Below are positions 48,301 through 57,052 of a DNA stretch of 64,000 nt, piece by piece. Position numbers and translations under genes: made by a program. Below the pieces are notes generated by a model. The model was not told where the DNA came from, made no database searches, and worked only from the letters and a program-made list of their open reading frames with translations. Positions within the stretch are counted from its first letter, which is position 1; every line of letters begins with the position of its first letter. The stretch is from Verrucomicrobiales bacterium (GTDB lineage Bacteria > Verrucomicrobiota > Verrucomicrobiia > Limisphaerales > UBA1100), in NCBI GenBank assembly GCA_038139415.1, contig JAYOSV010000003.1:52700-116699 (forward strand), read 5' to 3'.

Positions 48301-48467
48301 TGGGTTACCAAACCGTCCTTGGCCGCGCCCCCACGCCGAAAGAGCAGAAGTCGATCGCCAGCTTCATCGACGTGCAGGAAAAATCCTATACCAACAACGG
48401 CCGCGAACTTGCCCTTGCCGACTTCGTGCAGGTGCTGTTTGGGCTCAACGAATTTATCGTGCAATGA
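45378..48467 (+). CDS. Planctomycete cytochrome c + DUF1549 + DUF1553 protein
   Basis: ATG at 45378 with signal peptide; CVKCHGG, CARCHDHKFDP, RIEAL...GPGR.GNGNF.L, LARV.ANR.WQHH, NEFI. Confidence 0.92.
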   Translation: MRFVLLVLLGWSASLLAAPKVSEKHAAQMAKGLALFKSDVRMLLKQHCVKCHGGDKIRGDLDLTTRAGLLKGGEEGPSVIPGKAGESFLMTVLRHEEEPFMPAKADKLSPDALKKIADWINLGAPYDQPLVKQSIAGKGMQVTDDDRNFWAFAPLKAVKAPVVQQKNWPANDIDRFVLRKLESAKLQPNGLADPRTQIRRLYFDLIGLPPSPAEVAAFVADPSEQAYAKVVDRLLASKHYGERWGRHWLDVARFAESHGFEQDYNRNFAFHYRDFVIQALNADMPYDQFVKWQIAGDELAPDNPLAMKATGFLGAGVFPTQLTEKEFESARYDELDDMANTTGTAMLGLTIGCARCHDHKFDPIPVRDYYRFINTFATTIRSEIDLPVNGDLTEVAAKWEKAHAPLTAALAKFEKDELPKRFALWAKNPPKSVLQKQDWMILDHLQPKSLDGATFSKQADGSFLVGGKNPANDRWVLTAELQTMGLNAIRIEALTDKSMPRNGPGRAGNGNFALSDIRVFAANKKGGQRVPVKLVNPKATHQQNTAGLSVASSIDSDKRKSGWAVDFGGIGKEQAAVFEFAAPVGFEGGTILTVEMDFYVNTSHTIGRPRLAVTAAPRPVAIKGDSSAASVATLLAAVKQAGSVEKLDAKQRAALLKIYRAQDAEWTKLNNHVQQHLASKPVPKMEKVQVTSEGFKPTKHHADGRGFPHFYKQTYFLKRGDANQKDGEATQGFLQVLMRGGKNEQSWQVAPPEGWRTSYRRRSLANWLTDTEHGAGHLLARVMANRLWQHHLGRGIVNTPNDFGLQGELPTHPQLLDWLALELIENGWRLKPLHKQIVMSATYRQSAAHDAAKLKADPENKLHWRRTPARLEAEVIRDSILKVSGRLDERMFGAGTLDERMLRRSIYFMIKRSKLIPSMQLFDSPEPLVSQGSRPVTIIAPQALHFMNNGQVRASAMELARQLKTQPDTAAAVTLGYQTVLGRAPTPKEQKSIASFIDVQEKSYTNNGRELALADFVQVLFGLNEFIVQ

Positions 48468-49888
48468 ACACTCTGAATCACCTCAACCGCCGCCAGATGC
48501 TTCAACGGGCTGGCATGGGTATTGGCTCGCTGGGTTTGGCGAGTTTGCTCCAGCAGGAAGGCTTGGCTGCGCAAAATCCGTTGGCGGCGAAGAATCCACA
48601 TTTTAAGACCAAGGCCAAATCGGTCATTTGGCTCTTCATTAACGGCGGACCGAGCCATGTGGATACGTGGGATTACAAGCCGGAGCTGGCCAAGCGTGAC
48701 GGGCAGGCGCTGGAGGGGTTCGATCGGTTTACCGGCTTCTTTGCCAACGCGGTGGGTGGGCTGATGAAAAGCCCGTTTGAATTCAAACCGCACGGGCAAA
48801 GCGGTAAGCATGTCTCGTCCATTTTCCCAAACCTCTCCAAGCACGTAGACAAGATGGCGTTCATTCACTCGGGACACACGGAGAGCAACAACCATTCACC
48901 GGCGCTCTTCGCGATGAACTGCGGCCTGCCGCGAATGGGGTATCCGTGTGTTGGCTCATGGGTCACATACGGGCTGGGAAGCGAGAGCGACAGCCTGCCC
49001 GCATTTGTGGTGATGAGCGACCCGAAGGGACGCGGCCTGCCTAAGGGACATGCGGCCAACTGGGGCGCGGGCTTTTTGCCGAGCGTCTATCAGGGCACTC
49101 ACTTCAGGCCCACAGGCGATCCGATCGATAATCTCAAACGCCCCACCGGCATGAACGCCGAGCAGCAACGGCGGCAGCTTGATCTCTTGAAGACGCTGAA
49201 CCAACAGCACTTCGAAGTTAATCCGTTTGAGGAATCGTTGGCTGCGCGCATTGAGAGCTTTGAGCTGGCCTACCGCATGCAGAGCGCCGCGCCCGAGGCG
49301 TTGGCGGTGGATAAGGAACCGGAGCACATTCGCGCCATGTACGGGCTGGACGATGACAAATGCAAACACGTCGCCGCCCAATGCCTCACGGCCCGCCGTA
49401 TGGTGGAGCGCGGCGTGCGGTTCATTCAGATTTACAGCGGTGGCATGGAAAACCAGCGGAGCTGGGACGGTCACAACGACATCGCCGGCAACCACTCGCA
49501 GTTCGCCGGCGAAACCGACAAGCCGATCGCCGCGCTCCTTCAGGACCTGTCGCAGCGTGGGTTGCTGGACGAAACACTTGTCGTTTGGGGCGGCGAATTC
49601 GGCCGCCTGCCGGTGGCGCAGAAATCTAAGAAACCTGGGCGCGACCATAACCCGCACGCGCTCACCTACTGGATGGCCGGCGGCGGCGTGAAAGGCGGCG
49701 TAAGCTATGGCGAGACCGACGAGATCGGTCACAAAGCCGCCGTCGACAAATGCCACGTCAACGACCTCCACGCCACCATCCTTCACCTGCTGGGCATGGA
49801 TCACGAGAAACTCACCTACCGCCACAACGGCCGCGACTTCCGCCTAACCGACGTGGGCGGCGAAGTGGTGAAGGAGATTATCGCATGA
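48464..49888 (+). CDS. DUF1501 domain protein with Tat signal
   Basis: NRRQML, GGPSHVDTWDYKP, WDGH, GEFGRLP, GRDH, RLTDV.G. Confidence 0.92.
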   Translation: MNTLNHLNRRQMLQRAGMGIGSLGLASLLQQEGLAAQNPLAAKNPHFKTKAKSVIWLFINGGPSHVDTWDYKPELAKRDGQALEGFDRFTGFFANAVGGLMKSPFEFKPHGQSGKHVSSIFPNLSKHVDKMAFIHSGHTESNNHSPALFAMNCGLPRMGYPCVGSWVTYGLGSESDSLPAFVVMSDPKGRGLPKGHAANWGAGFLPSVYQGTHFRPTGDPIDNLKRPTGMNAEQQRRQLDLLKTLNQQHFEVNPFEESLAARIESFELAYRMQSAAPEALAVDKEPEHIRAMYGLDDDKCKHVAAQCLTARRMVERGVRFIQIYSGGMENQRSWDGHNDIAGNHSQFAGETDKPIAALLQDLSQRGLLDETLVVWGGEFGRLPVAQKSKKPGRDHNPHALTYWMAGGGVKGGVSYGETDEIGHKAAVDKCHVNDLHATILHLLGMDHEKLTYRHNGRDFRLTDVGGEVVKEIIA

Positions 49889-52800
49889 GGCCATTCATCG
49901 GGATGGGCGCCTTGCTGCTTCTGGCAATCGGAAGCATGGCCGAGGACGCGCCGGACTTTAATCGCGAGGTGCGGCCGATTCTCGCGACGCATTGTTTCAC
50001 CTGCCACGGTCCGGACGCCAACACACGCAAAGCCAAGCTGCGGCTGGACGAACGCGAGGCGGCTTTGGAGATCCTAGCGCCCGGCAAGCTGGTGGACAGC
50101 GAGTTGATACATCGCATCCTGTCCGAGGATCCCGATGAAGTGATGCCGCCACCTTCATTGAAAAAGCCGTTGAGCGCGGCACAGAAATCGGTGTTGAAAC
50201 GCTGGGTGGCGGCCGGCGCGCCGTATGCCAGCCACTGGGCCTTCGCCCAACCACAGCGGTCGGAGCCGCCCAAGGTGAAACAGGCCGACTGGGCCCGCAC
50301 GCCGATCGACCGATTCATTCTCGCGCGTTTGGAACAGGAAGAATTGCAACCAGCACCCGAGGCGAATCGCGAGCGGTTGCTGTGTCGGTTGTCGCTGGAT
50401 CTCACTGGTCTGCCGCCGACACCAAAAGAGGTGGAGGCGTTTCTCAAGGATCAATCCCCGAACGCCTATGAAAAGGCGGTCGACCGTCTGCTAGCTTCGC
50501 CGCGGTATGGCGAGCACATGGCCGTGCCGTGGCTGGACTACTCGCGCTACGCCGACAGCAACGGCTACCAAACCGACGGCAGCCGCCAGCAATGGCCGTG
50601 GCGCGATTGGCTGATTCAGGCGCTGAACGCGAACAAGCCGTTTGACCAGTTCACCATTGAACAGTTAGCCGGAGACATGTTGCCAGAGGCGACGCTGCAG
50701 CAGAAGGTGGCCACCGGTTTCAATCGCAACCACCGCATCAACGGCGAAGGCGGCATCATCGCCGAGGAATGGCGCGTGGAAACGGTGATTGATCGGGTGG
50801 AAACCACCGGCGCCACGTGGCTGGGTCTCACGCTCGGCTGCGCGCGTTGCCACGATCACAAGTATGATCCCCTGTCGCAGCGTGAATTTTACCAGTTCTT
50901 TTCCTTCTTCAACAACGTGCCCGAGACCGGACGCTTGGCCGGCCAAAGCAGCAACACCAAGCCTTTGGTGAATGTGGAAACCGCCGAGCATCGCGCGGCC
51001 GTGGCCAAATTGGAGACGGAGATTAAACAGGCCGAGGCAGTCGCAAAACAGGCGGCGACCGAGTTGCCGAAACTGGTGAAGGCGTGGGCTCCGAAATTCC
51101 GTGAAGAATTGGGCGGAAAAAAAGTGACCTGGCAGAGCGTGGACGAAGCGACTGTGACCTCCAAGGGCGGCGCCAAGTTTGAGCGGTTGGAGGACGGCTC
51201 CTGGCTACCGAGCGGACCGAATGCCACGCATGACACGTACGAGATTCGCACCACAATGACCGGCGACCACTTCACCGGTGTGCTGCTGGAATGCCTGCCG
51301 GACGCGCGTCTACCGAACAAGAGTTTGGGCCGGTATAGTAACGGCAACTTTGTGCTCACCCGCGTGGAAGGCGAGATCGTACCGGCCAACGGCAAGCCCT
51401 TGCCGCTGAAGTTTACGCGGATTGAATCGGATTACTCGCAGAAGGGATGGGACATCAAGAACGTCAACAACGGCCAGTCCGGCAAAGGCTGGGCGGTAGA
51501 CGGGCCTACGCGACGGGAACCGATTAAGGCACTCTTCCTCGCGGGTCAACCGGTGGCCGTGCCGAACGAGGCCACGGTGGTGCTGCGGTTTGTGTGCGCG
51601 ACCCTGAACCAACACAACCTCGGACGGTTCCGCCTGTCTCTCACCGGCGCCACACCGGCGGCCGTAAGCCTGAAGGGCGACAGTATTCCCGCCGCGGTGC
51701 GGGCGGCACTGAGTGCCGAGACCCCGAACCCCAAGCAGTGGGCGGCGTTGGAAAAATATTACCGCGCGCACGTGGCCAACCCAGCCAAGGCGGCTGATGA
51801 CCGCGTGGCCGCCAAACGCAAACAACTGGCCGATCTCCGCAAGAAACTGCCGACAGTGATGGTGATGGAGGAAATGCCGGCGCCGCGTAAGGCGTTCATT
51901 CTCAACCGTGGCCAGTACGATCAACCGGCGGAGGAAGTGAAGGCCGGGTTGCCGGCGTTTCTGCCCGCGCTGCCCAAGGGCGCGGCGATGAACCGACTGG
52001 GGCTCGCTCGTTGGATCGCCAGCCCGGATAATCCGCTTACCGCCCGCGTGTGGGTGAACCGAGCCTGGGAACATTTCTTCGGTGTGGGCCTGGTAAAGAC
52101 GACTGAAAACTTTGGTGTACAGGCGGCGTTTCCGAGTCATCCGGCATTGCTGGACTGGTTGGCGCGTGAGTTTGTGAAGCCATCGCAAGGCGTGCAGGTG
52201 AACGGTCAACCGGCCAAAGGGTGGGATATGAAAGCCTTTCACAAACTATTGGTGATGAGCTCGGCCTACCGTCAGGACGCCAAGCCGCGGACCGATACCT
52301 ATGCGGCTGATCCGGACAACCGACTGCTGTCGCGCGGACCGCGTTTCCGATTGGGCGGCGAGCAGTTGCGTGACCGAGCGTTGTTTGTCAGCGGTCTGCT
52401 GGTGGAACGCCTCGGCGGTCCCAGCGTACGGCCGTATATGCCGGTGGGGGTCTGGAACGAGACCACGCGCTACGGGGATTTGCGCAATTATAAAAACGCC
52501 ACCGATGACGGCCTGTATCGGCGCACGATGTACACGATCTGGAAACGGACCGCCGCACCGCCTTCGATGCTGCTCTTTGATGCGCCCAACCGTGAGGTGT
52601 GCACGATCCAGCGCTCACGCACCAACACGCCGTTGCAGGCTTTATCGCTCCTGAACGAAGTGACCTTCGTGGAAGCGGCTCGTCGGCTGGGCGGTCGGAT
52701 GTTGAAAGACGGTGACTCCTCGATGGAAGCGCGGTTGACGCACGGCTTTCTCTGGGCCGTTTCCCGAAAGCCCACTCCAACCGAACTGGCGGTGTTGCGC

Positions 52801-52971
52801 GACGGGCTGAGGGAGGATCTGGCTTATTTCACCGCAAACCCCGAGGCAGCCAAGAAACTGCTGGCTGTGGGCGAATCGGCGGCGCCAGATGATAGACTCG
52901 CGGAGCGCGCGGCGTTCACGCTGGCGGCGAATGTGTTGTTGAACCTCGATGAATTTGTGACGCGCGAATAA
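49885..52971 (+). CDS. Planctomycete cytochrome c + DUF1549 + DUF1553 protein
   Basis: ATG at 49885 (ATGA overlap) with signal peptide; CFTCHGPD, CARCHDHKYDP, GNFVL, NPLTARV, NTPLQAL, DEFVTRE. Confidence 0.92.
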   Translation: MRPFIGMGALLLLAIGSMAEDAPDFNREVRPILATHCFTCHGPDANTRKAKLRLDEREAALEILAPGKLVDSELIHRILSEDPDEVMPPPSLKKPLSAAQKSVLKRWVAAGAPYASHWAFAQPQRSEPPKVKQADWARTPIDRFILARLEQEELQPAPEANRERLLCRLSLDLTGLPPTPKEVEAFLKDQSPNAYEKAVDRLLASPRYGEHMAVPWLDYSRYADSNGYQTDGSRQQWPWRDWLIQALNANKPFDQFTIEQLAGDMLPEATLQQKVATGFNRNHRINGEGGIIAEEWRVETVIDRVETTGATWLGLTLGCARCHDHKYDPLSQREFYQFFSFFNNVPETGRLAGQSSNTKPLVNVETAEHRAAVAKLETEIKQAEAVAKQAATELPKLVKAWAPKFREELGGKKVTWQSVDEATVTSKGGAKFERLEDGSWLPSGPNATHDTYEIRTTMTGDHFTGVLLECLPDARLPNKSLGRYSNGNFVLTRVEGEIVPANGKPLPLKFTRIESDYSQKGWDIKNVNNGQSGKGWAVDGPTRREPIKALFLAGQPVAVPNEATVVLRFVCATLNQHNLGRFRLSLTGATPAAVSLKGDSIPAAVRAALSAETPNPKQWAALEKYYRAHVANPAKAADDRVAAKRKQLADLRKKLPTVMVMEEMPAPRKAFILNRGQYDQPAEEVKAGLPAFLPALPKGAAMNRLGLARWIASPDNPLTARVWVNRAWEHFFGVGLVKTTENFGVQAAFPSHPALLDWLAREFVKPSQGVQVNGQPAKGWDMKAFHKLLVMSSAYRQDAKPRTDTYAADPDNRLLSRGPRFRLGGEQLRDRALFVSGLLVERLGGPSVRPYMPVGVWNETTRYGDLRNYKNATDDGLYRRTMYTIWKRTAAPPSMLLFDAPNREVCTIQRSRTNTPLQALSLLNEVTFVEAARRLGGRMLKDGDSSMEARLTHGFLWAVSRKPTPTELAVLRDGLREDLAYFTANPEAAKKLLAVGESAAPDDRLAERAAFTLAANVLLNLDEFVTRE

Positions 52972-54413
52972 TGAATCCCGATTTCAATCTCCAGGTGCAG
53001 GACGCCCTCAACCGGCGCGTGTTCCTGCGTAACACCACTTCGTTTCTCGGACTGTCAGCTCTGGCCGGATTGACGCAGGCGAAGACCTCGTCGAGCGGCC
53101 TGCCCGGGTTTCCCACGCACGCAGCCAAGGCGAAACGGATCATTTATCTGTTCCAATCCGGGGCACCGTCGCAGATGGATTTGTTTGATCCCAAACCGGC
53201 GATTACCGATCGGCGCGGCGAGGATTTGCCCGACTCTATCCGGAAAGGTCAACGGCTCACCACGATGACCTCCGGCCAGAAGAAGTTTCCGGTGGCACCC
53301 ACCATTTTTAAGTTCGGGCGGCACGGCCAGAGTGGCATGGAGTTCAGCGAACTGTTGCCGCACCTGTCCAAGCAGGCCGACAAGCTGGCGATGATTCGTA
53401 CGGTGCATACCGAGGCGATCAACCACGATCCGGCGATCACCTTTTGCCAGACCGGCCATCAACTGGCCGGTCGACCGAGCATCGGTTCGTGGCTCAGTTA
53501 TGGGTTGGGTAGCGAAAACCGCAATCTGCCGGCGTATGTTGTGCTCACTTCCTTTGGGTCCGGCCGGCCGAATGATCAGCCGCTGTACGATCGCCTGTGG
53601 AGTTCGGGGTTTCTGCCCACGCGCCATCAGGGCGTGAAATTTCGAAACACTGGCGATGCGGTCCTGTATCTTTCCAACCCGCCGGGAGTGGACACCGCTA
53701 CCCGTCGGCGCACACTGGATCGCCTGAACTCGCTTAACCGCGAACGTCTTTCGCAGGTTGGTGATCCAGAAATCGCCACGCGCATAGCGCAGTATGAACT
53801 GGCGTTTCGCATGCAGAGCAGTGTGCCGGAGTTGTTGGATGTCTCCAAGGAACCTAAGCACGTGCTGGATTCCTACGGACCGGATGTGCATCGACCCGGG
53901 TCGTACGCGGCCAACTGCCTACTGGCACGTCGCATGGCCGAGCGGGATGTGCGGTTTGTGCAGCTCTTTCACATGGGCTGGGATCACCACGGCGGCTTGC
54001 CCAAAGCGGTGGCCGGGCAATGCAAGGACACCGATCAACCGACGGCCGCACTGCTGAACGACCTGGAGCAACGCGGGTTGTTGAAGGATACGCTGGTGGT
54101 GTGGGGCGGCGAGTTCGGGCGCACGGTGTATTCGCAGGGCAATTTATCCGCGACCAACTACGGGCGCGATCATCATCCGCGTTGTTTCACCATGCTCATG
54201 GCCGGCGCGGGCATTCGCGGCGGCGTGACCTATGGTGAGACGGATGATTACTGCTACAACATCGTTCGCGATCCGGTGGAGGTGCATGATCTCAACGCAA
54301 CCATTCTGGATCAGCTGGGGATCGATCACGAGAAGCTCACTTACAAATTCCAGGGGCGCGATTATCGCCTTACGGACGTACACGGTAAGCCGGTGAAGGG
54401 CGTATTGACCTAA
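52971..54413 (+). CDS. DUF1501 domain protein with Tat signal
   Basis: NRRVFL, GAPSQ.DLFDPKP, INHDPA, WDHH, GEFGRT, GRDHH, RLTDVHG. Confidence 0.92.
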   Translation: MNPDFNLQVQDALNRRVFLRNTTSFLGLSALAGLTQAKTSSSGLPGFPTHAAKAKRIIYLFQSGAPSQMDLFDPKPAITDRRGEDLPDSIRKGQRLTTMTSGQKKFPVAPTIFKFGRHGQSGMEFSELLPHLSKQADKLAMIRTVHTEAINHDPAITFCQTGHQLAGRPSIGSWLSYGLGSENRNLPAYVVLTSFGSGRPNDQPLYDRLWSSGFLPTRHQGVKFRNTGDAVLYLSNPPGVDTATRRRTLDRLNSLNRERLSQVGDPEIATRIAQYELAFRMQSSVPELLDVSKEPKHVLDSYGPDVHRPGSYAANCLLARRMAERDVRFVQLFHMGWDHHGGLPKAVAGQCKDTDQPTAALLNDLEQRGLLKDTLVVWGGEFGRTVYSQGNLSATNYGRDHHPRCFTMLMAGAGIRGGVTYGETDDYCYNIVRDPVEVHDLNATILDQLGIDHEKLTYKFQGRDYRLTDVHGKPVKGVLT

Positions 54414-54424
54414 CGTTCCAACCC

Positions 54425-54988
54425 TTACGCGGTGGCCTGTTCTTTTTCGGCCAGCAACTGCTCGCGCCGTGACTGACGCCGTGACTGATATTTGCGCAGA
54501 CCGGCGCGCGCGATGAAAAAGCCGATCAACCCGATGACCGCCCCGAACACTGCGGCTCCAGCGGTCCAGCCGGCAAGTGCCTTGAGCAATTCACCGGAAG
54601 AGGCGAGATCCTTGACCACATCCCATGTTTCGCCCAGCGGCTTCATTGTCTCGCCGTCCATGAATTTGTCTTTGTAGTTCGGCAACCCGAGCATTTTACT
54701 GCCGAGAATAAAGCTGGGTGGGATGGTGAGAAAGGCGAACAGCTTGGCAAACACAAAGCCTGCGACCGCGGCGCCCATGTGACCCTTGCCGAACTTGTTC
54801 AGCGGATACATCAGGAAAAAGGCAAGGCCCAAGGTGGGGAAGAAAATCAGCTCCACAAAGATGCCGTAACCCACGCCGCGGGCCACCTGTGAGGGCGCGC
54901 CTTTGGTTCGGAGAATCCGCAGGTAATCAAGGCGCATCTTGCGCCCGATGCGGGTATACCAGGGATGCCTGCTCGTGCCGCCGGCCAT
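54425..54988 (-). CDS. DUF2062-like membrane protein
   Basis: P..VARGV..G.F....P..G, hydrophobic helices, basic C-terminus. Confidence 0.75.
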   Translation of the reverse strand: MAGGTSRHPWYTRIGRKMRLDYLRILRTKGAPSQVARGVGYGIFVELIFFPTLGLAFFLMYPLNKFGKGHMGAAVAGFVFAKLFAFLTIPPSFILGSKMLGLPNYKDKFMDGETMKPLGETWDVVKDLASSGELLKALAGWTAGAAVFGAVIGLIGFFIARAGLRKYQSRRQSRREQLLAEKEQATA

Positions 54989-54994
54989 GGGCGG

Positions 54995-55570
54995 TTACTT
55001 GGCTACCACCCAGTCAAATGAGATCTTTACTTCGGGATCAGTCTGGATGCTGCCGGTGGGCAGCTTGGGGGAGGGGGGCGTGATGCCGAAATCGGTCATC
55101 TTAATCGGCACCAGTCCGGATACTGTCAGTTGGCCAGCCTTATTGGCGATGTTGACGTCGAAGTTCAGCGGCTGCTTTTTGCCGTTGATCTCAATGGCAC
55201 CAGAACCTGCGCAGGTGGACACGCCGTCCTTCACGGACTTCACTTCAAGACCGGTGATGGTAAACTTGATGAGCTTGTGCTTCGGCTCGTTCATGGCCGC
55301 GTGCATTACTTCGTCCATGCGCTTCTTGCCGCTCTTCAACTGGCGCACGGGTACAATCACCGTGCCGCTGGCCTTGGCCGTACCGGTTTTACCGAGGGCG
55401 GCGCCATCCACATTCAGGAAACCGCCGATGACCTTGGTCTCGACCTTCCACTTGTGCACGCTGGAGTTGCCGTTGATGATCAGATTGCTGAGGCCAAACT
55501 TGGCCTTATAGAGCTCGGCTTGCGCGGGCAAGGCGAGGATGAGGGCGGTGAGAATGAGAATTTTTTTCAT
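54995..55570 (-). CDS. YceI-like lipid/polyisoprenoid-binding protein, secreted
   Basis: I.G.S.VH.W, L.SG...MD..M..A, I.F, G...I.G, MTDFGI.PP. Confidence 0.85.
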   Translation of the reverse strand: MKKILILTALILALPAQAELYKAKFGLSNLIINGNSSVHKWKVETKVIGGFLNVDGAALGKTGTAKASGTVIVPVRQLKSGKKRMDEVMHAAMNEPKHKLIKFTITGLEVKSVKDGVSTCAGSGAIEINGKKQPLNFDVNIANKAGQLTVSGLVPIKMTDFGITPPSPKLPTGSIQTDPEVKISFDWVVAK

Positions 55571-55585
55571 GGAATATGTGTGGGG

Positions 55586-56968
55586 TTAAACAGTTAGATC
55601 TTCGGGTTTGATTTCCACGCGCTTGCCGGTCATCACGGCCTCGTTGGCTTTGAGGGCAATCACGTTGGCTTGGTAGCCGGCGGTGGCATCAGCGGCGGGC
55701 AATAGGCTGTTGGTGGAGCCAAGCTGGTCGGCGAGATAATCGGCCAGAGTCTCGGCATCGGCTTCGCCAAACGTATTGAGGAAATCCTCCACGGCGCTTT
55801 TGACCTGATGGCTGTTGTAGGCAAAGGCCTCTAGGCTGTAGAATAACGGTGACTGGGTGAAGGTGGATTCTTGGTACAACTTCTTTCCACCTTTGCCGAG
55901 CGTGGTGGCACCGGCTGCCAGCACCACGCCGGGGGAGCCGTAGTGGGGCATCTTACGGGCGTACACTTCCCAGCCGATCAGCGGGGCGTCGGCCTCCTTG
56001 TACATCCACGCCTGCGCGCCACGCAGCATCACGGCGCTGTTAGTGCCGTGCATCACCTCGTACTCGCCATCGAATGAGTTTGCGAGGGTAAGTTCCTGCG
56101 TGAGGGAAAAGTCGTTTGCATACTCGTACACGATGTTCACCGTGTCGGGTACCTTGCGGCCGTCGCGCCATTGGACAGTGTTCCCAAAGCCGCTGACTGC
56201 GACGGGTTGCAGTTTGAGGAAATGATTCACAATATCAGCCTGATGCATGCCGATCTCTCCGACGAGGCCGGGGGAGAGTTCGGGGTTCAGGCGCCAGTTG
56301 ATCAGTTTCTCTCGTTCGGCATTGGGCGAGACAAAACGCCAGCTGGTTTTCTTGTGCCACTGAGTTCGTGCGTGCACGGCCTTGCCGATCGCGCCGGCGC
56401 GCATGAAAGGGAACATGAATTGTCGCTGCGGTTCACTGCGGTACTGCAGGCCCGGCTGGAAATTGACCTTCGGATTGGCCGCGGCCGCTTTGGCAATGGC
56501 GCGGGCATCCTCCACGGTGCCGCCGAGTGGCGCCTCGCAGTAGACATGCTTGCCGGCCTTGAGCGCGGCCAGAGCGATCTCCTTGTGATCGTGCGGCGCG
56601 GTGGCAATCACTACCCCTTCCACATTCTCGTCCTTGAGCAGGTCCTGAAAATTATCATAGCTGGCTGCCTTGGGATGCTCGCGCTTGGCGCGGCGTTGCA
56701 TGGCGCCGTAGTGATCGGCCACGGCGACTAGCGGCGCGCTGGGTAGTTGCGCTAGGTTGCGGGCGATCTCGCGTCCGTGCGGGCCGTAGCCAATGAGGCC
56801 CATCTTGATTGGCGGCGTGGAATCATCGGTGCGGCGCGAGGCGTCTTTGCCTTCGCTTTCCTGCGCGCGCGTTTCGAGGGCCTGCATCATCGCGGCCATC
56901 GCGGCCAACGAACCGCCGGCGGAGGAAATAAAATCGCGCCGGTTGAAATCCTGTTTATTCTCACTCAT
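55586..56968 (-). CDS. Gfo/Idh/MocA-family oxidoreductase with Tat signal
   Basis: ATG at 56968; NRRDFI, G.IG.G..G, GKHVYCEAP, NWR....S.GL..E.G.H..D. Confidence 0.9.
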   Translation of the reverse strand: MSENKQDFNRRDFISSAGGSLAAMAAMMQALETRAQESEGKDASRRTDDSTPPIKMGLIGYGPHGREIARNLAQLPSAPLVAVADHYGAMQRRAKREHPKAASYDNFQDLLKDENVEGVVIATAPHDHKEIALAALKAGKHVYCEAPLGGTVEDARAIAKAAAANPKVNFQPGLQYRSEPQRQFMFPFMRAGAIGKAVHARTQWHKKTSWRFVSPNAEREKLINWRLNPELSPGLVGEIGMHQADIVNHFLKLQPVAVSGFGNTVQWRDGRKVPDTVNIVYEYANDFSLTQELTLANSFDGEYEVMHGTNSAVMLRGAQAWMYKEADAPLIGWEVYARKMPHYGSPGVVLAAGATTLGKGGKKLYQESTFTQSPLFYSLEAFAYNSHQVKSAVEDFLNTFGEADAETLADYLADQLGSTNSLLPAADATAGYQANVIALKANEAVMTGKRVEIKPEDLTV

Positions 56969-57052
56969 GGGTAAGGGGCTCATAGTGTGCGGGTTTCGAG
57001 GGCAAAAGCAAGCGCGGACCGGCAGCACGGTGACGTCGGTCCGTGCGGGAAA

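Noticed and set aside
27686..52242. Long antisense ORFs (27686-28759, 39597-40535, 41273-42079, 42201-43568, 45741-47189, 48956-49825, 51310-52242)
   Set aside because: Shadows of GC3-rich real genes on the opposite strand; their mutual similarity just mirrors the paralogous sense genes.
57012..57046. Intergenic hairpin containing CCGTGC near a TGA, resembling the SECIS loop
   Set aside because: The motif is in the stem rather than the loop, it is on the non-coding strand, and spacing from the TGA does not fit; more likely an ordinary intergenic stem-loop.
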